Shown: in pieces, positions 51,153 to 60,900 of the stretch
How the letters are laid out: every line of letters begins with the position of its first letter
How positions within the stretch are numbered: position 1 is the stretch's first letter
Origin: Gemmatimonadota bacterium
Lineage (GTDB): Bacteria; Gemmatimonadota; Gemmatimonadetes; Gemmatimonadales; Gemmatimonadaceae
Direction of reading: 5' to 3'
Length of the DNA stretch: 64,000 nucleotides
NCBI GenBank assembly: GCA_026387895.1
Contig: JAPLKT010000147.1
Span: forward strand, 14,625-78,624
Translations under genes and position numbers: made by a program
The notes under the pieces: generated by a model
Told to the model about the DNA's origin: nothing
The model's input: only the letters and a program-made list of their open reading frames with translations
The model's database searches: none

Positions 51153-51662
51153 CGGGCTAACCGAGCTTGACGATCGTGGCGGCCTCACGGGCACCAACCG
51201 CGGCCACCGCCAGTACTTTGCGGTTCCACGAGTCTCGGCGCGCGCTGCCGGCAAGGGCGAGATACGGTTGCAGTGGTCATGTACCACCGATCTTAGCGCA
51301 CGTCGCTTCCGCGCTTTTTTGTGCAAAACGACCTATTCCACGGTTGAATGACACAAGACTCTGTCGGGATAGGAAATTCAATCGGGGTGGGTCGGCGAAC
51401 CTTGGAACGTACCGCGCGATCGTCGTCCGCGCTAGCGCAGCAGAACGGGCGGCGGCGTGCCGGCTGACTCGAGCGCGCGCCTCGTGTTGGAGCGCCCGCT
51501 GCAGAAGCTGGCGTTAGGCCGACGCCGCGCACATGCATGGCTACGCAGCTAAGTGCTGGTAGTTACGTTCTCGTGATCGAACGCGCCTTGCGAGCGAGTC
51601 GCCCCATGCAAGACCGGATCGGTTTGGCGGCGACATCCTGATCAAGCGGAGGGAAGAAAACG

Positions 51663-51851
51663 ATGAACAACACACTGCTAGGATTCGGAATCGTATTTCT
51701 TGTCGGCGCGGTGCTGATGGTGTTTGGCTTGACGCCGACCGAGCTTACCGTGTCGGATTTGTCAGTCTTGGTCTTCTTCTTTCCGGGGGTCGTTGCGCTT
51801 GTCGCGCATCTGGAGATCGCAAGACTTAGGAAGCAGGCTGGAAAACCCTGA
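51663..51851 (+). CDS. Small hypothetical two-TM membrane protein (62 aa)
   Basis: GGAGGG at 51648-51653, 9 nt before ATG 51663. Two hydrophobic helices ('LLGFGIVFLVGAVLMVFGL', 'LSVLVFFFPGVVALVAHL'). It lies in a gene-poor segment. Confidence 0.4.
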   Translation: MNNTLLGFGIVFLVGAVLMVFGLTPTELTVSDLSVLVFFFPGVVALVAHLEIARLRKQAGKP

Positions 51852-52192
51852 CAAGGTTGAAGCCATCCTCGTCCCGAACTCCGCGTTCCATCAGGCGTGG
51901 GCTGTGCTGACCGGTGGGCGAACACCAATCGCTGTCCCGGACCGAGTGTCGGTATCTCTGCTTACACGGACGCAACCGTTGGCGCGCCCGCGGCATAACC
52001 AGCGCTTGCTGCCGACGAGCCTGGTCGCGGGGCGTCGGGGGGGGCCGTCCTCACGCGAAGGTCGTGGTGTCTCGCGCGGCGTGCAGCGCCTCGCCATACT
52101 TCCATAACCCCGATTGCATGTCCTATCCCGGGAGCGCATTGACGTTTAGAGGTGCGGGTGCCGCTGCGACGCCGCTGACCTAGGGAATCTCG

Positions 52193-55100
52193 ATGACCGA
52201 CGAAATTGCGTTCAAGTCTGATGCTGCTCTCCTGGATCTGACCTTTGCACGGGCAGCACTCAGTCAGCACTGGGGTATCGATGCCCAGCTCACAGTGCTG
52301 CCGGGCGAGTACGACCAGAATTTCATGGTCGCCGTAGCGGGCGTGCGCACCCATGTACTGAAGATCATGCGCCCGGATTGCACCGAGACTTTCGTCGACT
52401 TGCAGTGCCGCGTATTGCGACATGTCGCAAAAATTGATCCTGCGGTGCCAGTGCCTGGAGTGGTCGCGAGTCGAGAAGGCGCTGACTACGTGCGCCTCGT
52501 CGCCCCAGATGGGGCTGTTCGTTTGGTCTGGCTGATTACCGTATTGCCAGGGCATGTCTATGCGCGCGAGCGACCCAAGACCGTGACGCTCGCGCAAGCG
52601 GTGGGTGTGGCGCATGGTCGGTTGGGTCTGGCGTTGGCTGATTTCACGCACGTCGCCTTAGCGCGCCCGACCAAGTGGGATCTGGAAGTGGCAGACTGGA
52701 TCTGCGCACATCCCGATGCGATTCCGGAACCGTCACGGCGCCAGTTGGTGGATGCCATCGCGGCGCGCTTCGTCGATGACCTCAAGGAACGCCTGGCGGC
52801 TTTGCCGCATGCGGCAATCCACAACGATCTGAACGATCACAACTTTCTGGTCGAGGCGACTGGCGATTCGGTCCGGGTTTCCGGGCTACTCGACTTTGGT
52901 GACCTCATCTCGGGTGCGCGTGTCGCGGACTTGGCTATCGCGGCGGCGTATATCGTTTTGGATCAGCCGCGACCGCTCGAGACGCTGGAGACGCTCGAGA
53001 CGCTGGAGACGCTGGCCGCGTATGTCGCCGGAGTGCATGCAGTGGCCCCGCTCAGTGAGGAAGAACTGGCGCTACTCTGGCCACTGCTGCTCACACGGCT
53101 TGCCGTTAGCGTCACCAATAGTGGGCTGGGTAAACTGGCACGGCCGGAGGATCCGTACGTCGTCGTGTCTGAACGCAGTGCGTGGGCGTTTCTCGAGGCG
53201 ATGGGGGCTTACCCAGAGGACTACGTGCACGCGCGCCTGCGTCTCGCCTGTGGACTTGCGGCGCACCCGTCGGGGGAGGCTGTTGCTGCGCATATCGCCG
53301 CGGTACCGGCAGCGGCGGTCTTGGCGGTCCGTTTGGTGGAGGCGCCCGTACTGGACCTGTCGATTGGCGGCGCCGGTTCTCCGGATGACCCACAGCGCTT
53401 CGATATAGCGGCATTGGAGCGTCACATTGACACTGTGGCGCGCGACGGTGTCGCGCTGGGTCGCTATGCGGAACCGCGCCTGATCTATACCGCACCCGCC
53501 TTCGTCACCGAGACGTGCACCGGTCGCGAGCGGCGCACCGTGCACCTTGGGCTGGACGTGTTCGTCCCTGCGGGCAGCGTGGTCTGTGCGCCATACGACG
53601 GCACCATTTTTGATATCGCCATTCGATCGGATGATCTCGACTATGGCGGCGTGATCGTGCTTGAGCACCGGACCGCTGGTGACGTACCGTTTTACACGCT
53701 GTATGGACACCTTGCGCACACCGTAGGCTTGCATCAACAGCTCGGCAGTCGCGTGGCGGCAGGCGACCCCATCGGTAATGTCGGTGCGGCCGATGAGAAC
53801 GGTGGCTGGCCGCCCCATCTGCACCTGCAGTTGGGTTTGACGACCCTGGACCGGGGGAGTGATTGGCCGGGAGTGGCCGCGCCGGATGAGTTGGCGACTT
53901 GGCTTGCGCTGTACCCAAATCCAGCAGCGTTGCTCGGCGTTGATGCGCAGCACGTGGATGGGCGGCCTGTGGCTGAATCGGCACGGATCGATCGGCGTCG
54001 ACACCGTTTTAGCCGCAACCTCAAGACGTCCTACCAGCAACCGATCACTGCCGTGCGAGGGATTCGCCATCACTTGTACGATGTATGGGGCCGAGAGTAC
54101 ATCGATGCGTATAACAATGTCCCACAGGTCGGGCATTGTCATCCGCGTATTTTGCGCCGCATGGCCGAACAGGCGCGGCTGTTGCAGACCAACACCCGTT
54201 ACCTGCAGGACGTGCATTTAGCCTACGGCGATGCCCTTGCCGCGCATTTTCCGGCGCCATTAGAAGTGTGTTTCTTTGTCAACTCTGGCTCCGAGGCGAA
54301 TGAACTGGCGATTCGCTTGGCGCGCGCTTATACCGGCGTGCGCGATACCGTGGTGCTTGAGGAGGGGTACCACGGCAATACCAATACAGCGGTCGCATTG
54401 AGTCATTACAAATTTGCCGGACGTGGCGGCACGGGTCAGGAGTCTTGGGTCCATGTTGCGCCGCTGCCGGATCCTTATCGCGGCCGATATCGCGGGCCGA
54501 ACTCGGGTGCGGACTACGCCGCACAGGTCGGCGTCATCCTCGACCATCTTGCAGCTGCCGGGCGACGACCGGCCGCATTTATTGCAGAGACCTTGCCCTC
54601 GGTGGGTGGGCAGATCGTGCCGCCGAGTGGTTATCTGGCCGACGTCTATGCCCGTATCCGCGCGGCGGGGGGGCTGTGTATAGCCGATGAGGTGCAGACG
54701 GGCTTTGGTCGACTCGGGGACTGGTTCTTCGGCTTTGAAGGGCAGGGCGTGGTACCCGATATTGTGGTGCTGGGCAAGCCGATGGGTAATGGACATCCGA
54801 TCGGTGCGGTGGTCACCACGCGTGCGATTGCCGATGCATTTGCCAATGGGATGGAATTTTTCAGCACCTTCGGAGGCTCATCGGTCGCCTGCGCCGTGGG
54901 TAGCGAAGTGCTCTCCATCGTCGCCGACGAAGGGCTGATGGCCCATGCCAAGCGCACGGGCGACCAACTCCTGCATGGATTGCGATCGCTCGCGCAGACC
55001 TATCCGTTGATCGGGGATGTGCGCGGTCATGGGCTTTTTCTCGGCGTCGAATTCGTCAATGACCGCGACGCGCGCCATCCTGCGACCGTGCAGACGGCGT

Positions 55101-55273
55101 ATCTGGTCGAACGGCTACGCGAGCAGCGCATCCTCGTGGGGACTGAGGGTCATGACAACAACATCATCAAAGTGCGCCCGCCGCTGACTTTTGACGCTAC
55201 CGCGGTTGACCGTATTCTGGCAGCGCTGTCGACTGCACTGGCAGAGCGGCCTGCGCAACCCACAGGCATTTGA
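52193..55273 (+). CDS. Tri-domain protein: APH-type kinase + M23 peptidase-like domain + class-III aminotransferase-fold (PLP) domain
   Basis: Kinase: '[14 protein letters not shown]' and 'LLDFGDL'. M23: 'VHLGLDV', 'LYGHL', 'PPHLHLQL'. PLP domain: '[17 protein letters not shown]', '[12 protein letters not shown]', '[16 protein letters not shown]'. 1026 codons without a stop. Confidence 0.85.
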   Translation: MTDEIAFKSDAALLDLTFARAALSQHWGIDAQLTVLPGEYDQNFMVAVAGVRTHVLKIMRPDCTETFVDLQCRVLRHVAKIDPAVPVPGVVASREGADYVRLVAPDGAVRLVWLITVLPGHVYARERPKTVTLAQAVGVAHGRLGLALADFTHVALARPTKWDLEVADWICAHPDAIPEPSRRQLVDAIAARFVDDLKERLAALPHAAIHNDLNDHNFLVEATGDSVRVSGLLDFGDLISGARVADLAIAAAYIVLDQPRPLETLETLETLETLAAYVAGVHAVAPLSEEELALLWPLLLTRLAVSVTNSGLGKLARPEDPYVVVSERSAWAFLEAMGAYPEDYVHARLRLACGLAAHPSGEAVAAHIAAVPAAAVLAVRLVEAPVLDLSIGGAGSPDDPQRFDIAALERHIDTVARDGVALGRYAEPRLIYTAPAFVTETCTGRERRTVHLGLDVFVPAGSVVCAPYDGTIFDIAIRSDDLDYGGVIVLEHRTAGDVPFYTLYGHLAHTVGLHQQLGSRVAAGDPIGNVGAADENGGWPPHLHLQLGLTTLDRGSDWPGVAAPDELATWLALYPNPAALLGVDAQHVDGRPVAESARIDRRRHRFSRNLKTSYQQPITAVRGIRHHLYDVWGREYIDAYNNVPQVGHCHPRILRRMAEQARLLQTNTRYLQDVHLAYGDALAAHFPAPLEVCFFVNSGSEANELAIRLARAYTGVRDTVVLEEGYHGNTNTAVALSHYKFAGRGGTGQESWVHVAPLPDPYRGRYRGPNSGADYAAQVGVILDHLAAAGRRPAAFIAETLPSVGGQIVPPSGYLADVYARIRAAGGLCIADEVQTGFGRLGDWFFGFEGQGVVPDIVVLGKPMGNGHPIGAVVTTRAIADAFANGMEFFSTFGGSSVACAVGSEVLSIVADEGLMAHAKRTGDQLLHGLRSLAQTYPLIGDVRGHGLFLGVEFVNDRDARHPATVQTAYLVERLREQRILVGTEGHDNNIIKVRPPLTFDATAVDRILAALSTALAERPAQPTGI

Positions 55274-55359
55274 GCTAGACCGCCGCATGCGCCCTCGCAG
55301 CTGATACGCAGGTCGTGAGGCTTTCAGTAAAACCAAACATCAATCATTCACAGGGAACT

Positions 55360-55947
55360 ATGCATTCATCGTTACAACTCAATCACTTTTTCGTAAAAGA
55401 ACACGTCGGGCTGTTCAAAGCATCAAACAACTACGACATCTTCGATCCGACCACACAACAGAAAATACTTGAGTGCAGAGAGCCCAACCTCGGCATCTTT
55501 GCGAAGCTGTTTCGCTTCACCGATTACAAGCGCATGACGCCCTTCAACATCGAAATTCGAACCCCAGAAGGCGCAAAGGTTCTTTCCATGAAGCGGGGCA
55601 TTTCGCTCTTCGTCTCGAACGTTGACGTTCTGGACGAGAACGACAGAGTCGTCGGTCATTTCAAGCAAAAGTTTTTCTCGATTGGGGGCAAGTTTGACGT
55701 CCTCGATTCAGAAGACAACCCCGTCTGTACGCTACAGGGAAAGTGGACAAGCTGGGACTTTCGCTTTTTGCAAGACAACACTGAACTCGCCAGTGTCTCC
55801 AAAAAGTGGGCAGGCCTCGGAAAAGAGCTGTTCACCACCGCCGATAACTACATGCTGTCAATCAACAGCACCGTTGGCGCTTCAGACGGTAGTCGAATGC
55901 TCATCGTTGCCGCAGTAATGTGCATTGACATGGTGCTGAAAGAGTAA
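55360..55947 (+). CDS. Phospholipid scramblase (PLSCR) family protein
   Basis: 'VSKKWAGLGKELFTTADNYMLSI' and the C-terminal hydrophobic tail 'RMLIVAAVMCIDMVLKE' parallel the eukaryotic PLSCR 'SKxWSGxxxExFTDADNFGI ... FLIDFMFFE'. ATG at 55360. Markedly lower GC than the flanks. Confidence 0.7.
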   Translation: MHSSLQLNHFFVKEHVGLFKASNNYDIFDPTTQQKILECREPNLGIFAKLFRFTDYKRMTPFNIEIRTPEGAKVLSMKRGISLFVSNVDVLDENDRVVGHFKQKFFSIGGKFDVLDSEDNPVCTLQGKWTSWDFRFLQDNTELASVSKKWAGLGKELFTTADNYMLSINSTVGASDGSRMLIVAAVMCIDMVLKE

Positions 55948-55991
55948 CGCAGTCGCCAAACGCCTGTACACGCTGTAGGGCCAGCCGCGAC

Positions 55992-56591
55992 TCAGGACGC
56001 CAGCGCGCGCTCGATCGCCGCACGCAATGACGTGTCATTGGGCGCAATCGGTCCCGTTTTTCTCCACACCAGAATCCCCTGCTTGTCGATAAGAAAGGTG
56101 GCCGGTACGCCGAGCGTGAGGAACAACGACGAGATCCGCTCGTCGGGATCGCGCCAGATGGGGAACGTCATCTGAAATTCGCGCATGAACCCGCGAATGG
56201 CGTCGTCGGTACCGTCCGTATCGACACTCACGCCCACCAGTTCCAATCCTTTCGCACGATATCGCGCATGCAGTTGACGCAGCTCTGGGATTTCCGTGCG
56301 ACAGGGATGACACCAGGTGGCCCAGATGTTGAGCAGCACAACCTTGCCACGCTCTCCCGCCAGCGACACGGAATCACCGTCCAGCGACACCGTGGCATAC
56401 GCGGGAGCTGGTAGGCCGATTTCGACGCGACCATCATTCGCTGGAGCGCCATCGGTGCGTGTGCCGCAACTGCTCAGCGTGATGCTATTCACGAGTGCCA
56501 GCGCGAGGCCCAGCGCGTACCGCTTGGACTCTCTCCTGGTTTTCCCTGTACTTCCGACGGCCGACCCTCGACTGCCCACTGCGTGGGTCAC
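55992..56591 (-). CDS. TlpA/ResA-like thiol-disulfide oxidoreductase lipoprotein
   Basis: Lipobox 'LSSCG' and thioredoxin motif 'WATWCHPCRTEIPEL'. GTG 56589-56591 overlaps TGA 56588-56590. Confidence 0.85.
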   Translation of the reverse strand: MTHAVGSRGSAVGSTGKTRRESKRYALGLALALVNSITLSSCGTRTDGAPANDGRVEIGLPAPAYATVSLDGDSVSLAGERGKVVLLNIWATWCHPCRTEIPELRQLHARYRAKGLELVGVSVDTDGTDDAIRGFMREFQMTFPIWRDPDERISSLFLTLGVPATFLIDKQGILVWRKTGPIAPNDTSLRAAIERALAS

Positions 56592-57871
56592 CGGAACTCC
56601 GTGAGCGGTGCGCGTGCCACGCGAATACTGGATGGCTTACCAGGAACCGTCCACGCGAACACTGCGTTGGAACCGGTCAACACCATTTTCGGGAATCCGC
56701 TGGCCCGTGCGACCGACGACGATGCGATCGTGGTGGCAGTTCCCGCTTTGCCGTCACGCGAGAAACGGCGCGCGCGCACCGCGGCCACATCGCCTCCAAC
56801 ACGTTCCACCCACGTGACCAGCGCCCCGCCATCGGGCAGCAAGGCCACGTCCACGCGTCCGGCGGGAGTGCCGCCGTCCACACGCACTGGTGCGCTGAAC
56901 GTGGCGCCGGCATCGTCGGAAAACGCGAGATTCACGCGAGCACTGTCGCCTGGCGCGGTGAACCAGGCCAACGCCACGCGCCGTTCCCGCGCGGCAAGCG
57001 CCGGTCCGTTCACCGGGCACGCGGCAATCTTCCAGTTGTCGTTGTTCACCGGAACGCCCACAATCCATTTTCCACTGACGCGACGCGTAACGTAAATGTC
57101 GCGAATCTCCTCTGTGGAGCGATTGCGATAGGCCACAATGGGGCCGTTGGCCGTAACGGCAGCGGCATTCTGGCAGCAGTCACAGGTGCGCTCGTCGAGT
57201 CGCACTTCAGGACCGAGCGTGCCGTCGGGCTGCAGTGTGGTTGACACCAGCATCATCTCGTTGCCCGCGTCGTGTCCGTCTTTTTTGAATTTCCGGCCGT
57301 CCAACCACACGGTACCCAGCGCCCCACGTTCGCGCCACATGGCGACAAACCCGTGCTCGGTTTGCGTGGAGTCACGATGGGGAGTGACGGGCGCGCTCCA
57401 GGTGGCGCCATTGTCGCGTGATTGCGCGATACGGACGCCGTAGGTGAAGGTGCCTCGACCATTCCGCTGCAACCAGTGCGCGGCTAGGCGACCACCGTCC
57501 AACACCTCGATGGATGGAAAGTCCGCCCAGTTCACAAAGAAATCGCGACTTGACGCGATCGTGCGCGCATCCGACCAGGTCGATCCGTCGTGCGATGCAA
57601 AGCGTACCGAGTATCCGGAATCGGCCGGCTCCAGCCACGACATGAACACGCGCCCGTCGGGGGCCACACTCAAATTCGGTTCTGCACTTCCGGGCCGGGC
57701 CGGACTGGCAATGCTGTCAACGGCGAATCGCGAGATGCCCGCAGGCACAGTACCGCGCATCGCAAACGCCGAAACGGTCGTCGCGCCGACGGCCACTACG
57801 ACGAGCATCGCGGCGACGCGCCCACGTGCCGCGCGAATGTGCCAACCACTGGTCAACTTGGACAACACCAT
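56588..57871 (-). CDS. Secreted BNR/Asp-box (sialidase-fold-like) protein
   Basis: Signal-like N-terminus and Asp-boxes 'SRDNGATWS' and 'SDDAGATFS', with repeated beta-propeller-like segments. Confidence 0.6.
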   Translation of the reverse strand: MVLSKLTSGWHIRAARGRVAAMLVVVAVGATTVSAFAMRGTVPAGISRFAVDSIASPARPGSAEPNLSVAPDGRVFMSWLEPADSGYSVRFASHDGSTWSDARTIASSRDFFVNWADFPSIEVLDGGRLAAHWLQRNGRGTFTYGVRIAQSRDNGATWSAPVTPHRDSTQTEHGFVAMWRERGALGTVWLDGRKFKKDGHDAGNEMMLVSTTLQPDGTLGPEVRLDERTCDCCQNAAAVTANGPIVAYRNRSTEEIRDIYVTRRVSGKWIVGVPVNNDNWKIAACPVNGPALAARERRVALAWFTAPGDSARVNLAFSDDAGATFSAPVRVDGGTPAGRVDVALLPDGGALVTWVERVGGDVAAVRARRFSRDGKAGTATTIASSSVARASGFPKMVLTGSNAVFAWTVPGKPSSIRVARAPLTEFR

Positions 57872-57975
57872 GCGCTCGGCCCGGGTTCAGTGGTGAGGCG
57901 ATACCGCTGTTGCGATATTACAAGCCGCAAAGGGCTAGGGCAAGCACGAGCCGGGCTTCGTGAACTACCGACGGC

Positions 57976-60900
57976 CTAGTCGGAGTCCTTCCAGGCGCGC
58001 TTCCACGCGTCCAGGATTGGCTTGAAGCGGCGCGTGGCGTCAGCGCCCCACCAGCTTGTCATGTCGGTCGAATCCGTGTTGTTCGCACCCCGCTTGAAGC
58101 GGAAGTGGATGGTGCGGGCCGTGCCGTCAATCAGCGTCGCGGTGAAGAGGCGGCAGGTGCCTGCCCAGCTTCGCTGTGTGGTCCAGTTCACGTGGTAGTA
58201 TCCACGGCGCGCGTCGTAGCGTCCGTAATCGTCGCTCACGTCTTCGTCGTCATCGGTGAACGAACCGCGCGAGTGGTCGTCCCACTTTTTGCCACTGCCG
58301 TTCCACGGATGGTCGAGAAGCGTGGGCACAGCGCACACTTCTTGCACCGAGGTGAACGACTGGACCACCGTGGTGCCAGCCGTCACGCCGGACGCCACCG
58401 AATATCGAAGCGGAATCTCGCGCCCTGCCTCGATCACATTCACGCGCCCCATATCGATTGGGGAGAGGAAGCCGGTGAACACCAGCGAGGAGGTGCCGGC
58501 GAACGAAACCGTGGACGATGTTATGCTCGACGCGCCCGACAGGCTAAAGACGAGCGTGTAGCTGCCGGTCCCGTTCAACGCCAAGTTGGTAAAGGTGGCG
58601 CGCCCTGCGGTTGCAGTCACAGGGTTGATGCCCGTGAGCGTGCCGGCCGTGCCACTCCCGATCGAGGCGGTCACAGCGCCAGTTCCGGTGGCGACCGCGA
58701 GCCCAGCGGCATCCCGCAGTTCGACCACAGGCTGGACCGTCAGGGTGCTGGCGAGACGCGGCGTTCCGGGCTGCGTCACCAGCGCCAACTGACGGACCAC
58801 CTGGGTCACCGTAACGGCACTGCTTGTCATTGAACTCAGACCAGACGACGCGAACTGCACCCGCACCGTTCCGGCCGTCGACCCGACACGCAGGTTGGTG
58901 AAGGTTGCCACACCATTTACGCTGGTCGCGCTGGTGGTGCCCTGCAACACGCCGGAGCTCCCGCTCGCAATCGTCGCACTGACGGTCACGGCTGCGTTCG
59001 ACACGAGTACGCCGTTCACGTCCCGAATCTCAACGCGGAACGGTGTCGACATCGCCGCGCCGCTCTCGACGGTGGTTGGCGCGGAGGTAATCGCGACCTG
59101 CGTAGCCGTAGAGCCCGGATTCGTTCCGCCACCCGTTGTGGTGAGCAGCAACGTGAGCGGTGTGGTGGTGCCGCCGGCGCTGAACGAGACCGTGAACAAC
59201 CCAATCGTATTCAGCGAGAGATCGGTAAACGTTGCGACGCCGTTGACGACCGGTACAGTGGTCGTGCCGCTCAGCGACGTTGGCGAGCTGGCCACCGAGG
59301 CCGTCACCGTTCCGCTCGTCATTGGCTGTCCCGCGTTGTCGAGCACGCGGATCGACGGCTGCGGGCTCCATACAACGTTGAGGCTCGCCGAGGTCGGCTG
59401 CGTTACAAACGATGCCGTGGCGGCGGTTTGTGTGATCGCGATCGAAAGCGGGACACCCGCGAACTGCGAAGCTGACACCGTCAGGGTCACCGGCGTGGCC
59501 GGCGTGCTGCTGGTGATGCGCAACCCAGCAAAGGTCGCGACACCATTCACTGCATTCACCGTCGTCGTTCCGGTGACGGTTCCGTTTGTAGCCGAGACAG
59601 TGACCGGCGCGGTAGACGAGCTGGCCTTCGCGCCGGTGGCATCAGCCACGCGCACCGCGAAGGTGCTCAGCGTTCCGCCATTCACCACACTGGTTGGCGG
59701 CACGTCGACCAGCAGCTGCGTACCCGTCGACACCACAAAGATCCCGGCGGTTACGGCGCCACTGCTCAGCGCGATCGTGTAGGAGCCGAGGCTCGTGGCG
59801 ACACCGAGGTTGGTGAAGGTTGCAACGCCATTCACAGAGGTCGCGCTCAGCGTTCCGGTGAGTGTACCGCCCGCTGGACCGTCAACGATGCTGGCGGTGA
59901 CCACATTCCCGCTGTTCGCCATGCGCAATCCGGCGGCATCGAGCAGCTCGACACTTGGCTGCGGCGCGAGCGTAGCGCCCAACGACGTCAGCCCCGGGGC
60001 AGTAAGCAAGTTCATGTGACGCACGACCTGCGTGACCGTGATCGGTATTGTCACGATATCGACAACTTCGGTGGAACTGAACACGAGCGTCGTGCCGGTG
60101 CTCGCGCCCGCGAGAATCAAGTTGGTGAACGTCGCGCGGCCGCTGTCGGCGCTGACTGTCGTCGTGCCAAGTAATGCGCCACTGCCGCTGTAGAGCTGCG
60201 CGGTGACATTGTTGTAGCTGCGGGCACGAACACCGGCTGCCGTAATCAGGTCGAAGGTTGCCGTGAATGGCACGCCAGATTCGACAGCCGTTGGCACACT
60301 GACCGCGCGGAGTACGATCGGCTTCGGATGGCAGATCGAGGACGTTGATGCCGTCAGCGCAACGAGTTCGTCTTTGGTCAGCGCGCGATTGAAGATCGCT
60401 GGCTCATCGATGATGCCATTGAACGCGTACTTGTCCGGGCCGAGGTTCGGAGAGGTGATGCGCGAACCGATGTGGACTGGACCCGACGTGAGCGGCGTGA
60501 TGTCGCCAACATAGGCACTGTCCTCCACGAAGCCGTTCGACCAGATCTTTTCATAGCCCGTCGCACGATCGTACGTCACGGCAACATAGGTCCAGGTCTG
60601 GAGCGGCACGACATTCTGTTGCATCACGATATGCCACGTGCCGTTCACATCGATCAGGTTCGCGAACTCGGCCATCCTGGGATCCATCCATTGGTGATGG
60701 CTCCAGAGGTGCGCCCCATTCCAGAACTCAAGAATTGGGCCGGACCCCTTGGCGGGATCGTTTGGGAGAGAGCTGAACCAATCGCCACGTGTGTTGACCC
60801 ACGCGGCCATCGTCATGCCCAACCCAGGACCAACATCAAGCACCGCGTCAGACGCGGTCACAATGTCGGCAGTGAGATCGTTGAAGCTGAACCCTGTGCC

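Noticed and set aside
51563-51928. 121-aa minus-strand ORF in the gene-poor segment
   Set aside because: It has no Shine-Dalgarno sequence and a low-complexity Ser/Thr/Pro/Lys composition. It overlaps the better-supported plus-strand 62-aa ORF, which has a GGAGGG ribosome-binding site.
55274-55991. Mobile element or genomic island around the low-GC scramblase gene. The AT-rich block 61186-61528 was also considered.
   Set aside because: I could find no integrase, transposase, tRNA attachment site, or flanking direct or inverted repeats. Only compositional deviation supports foreign origin.
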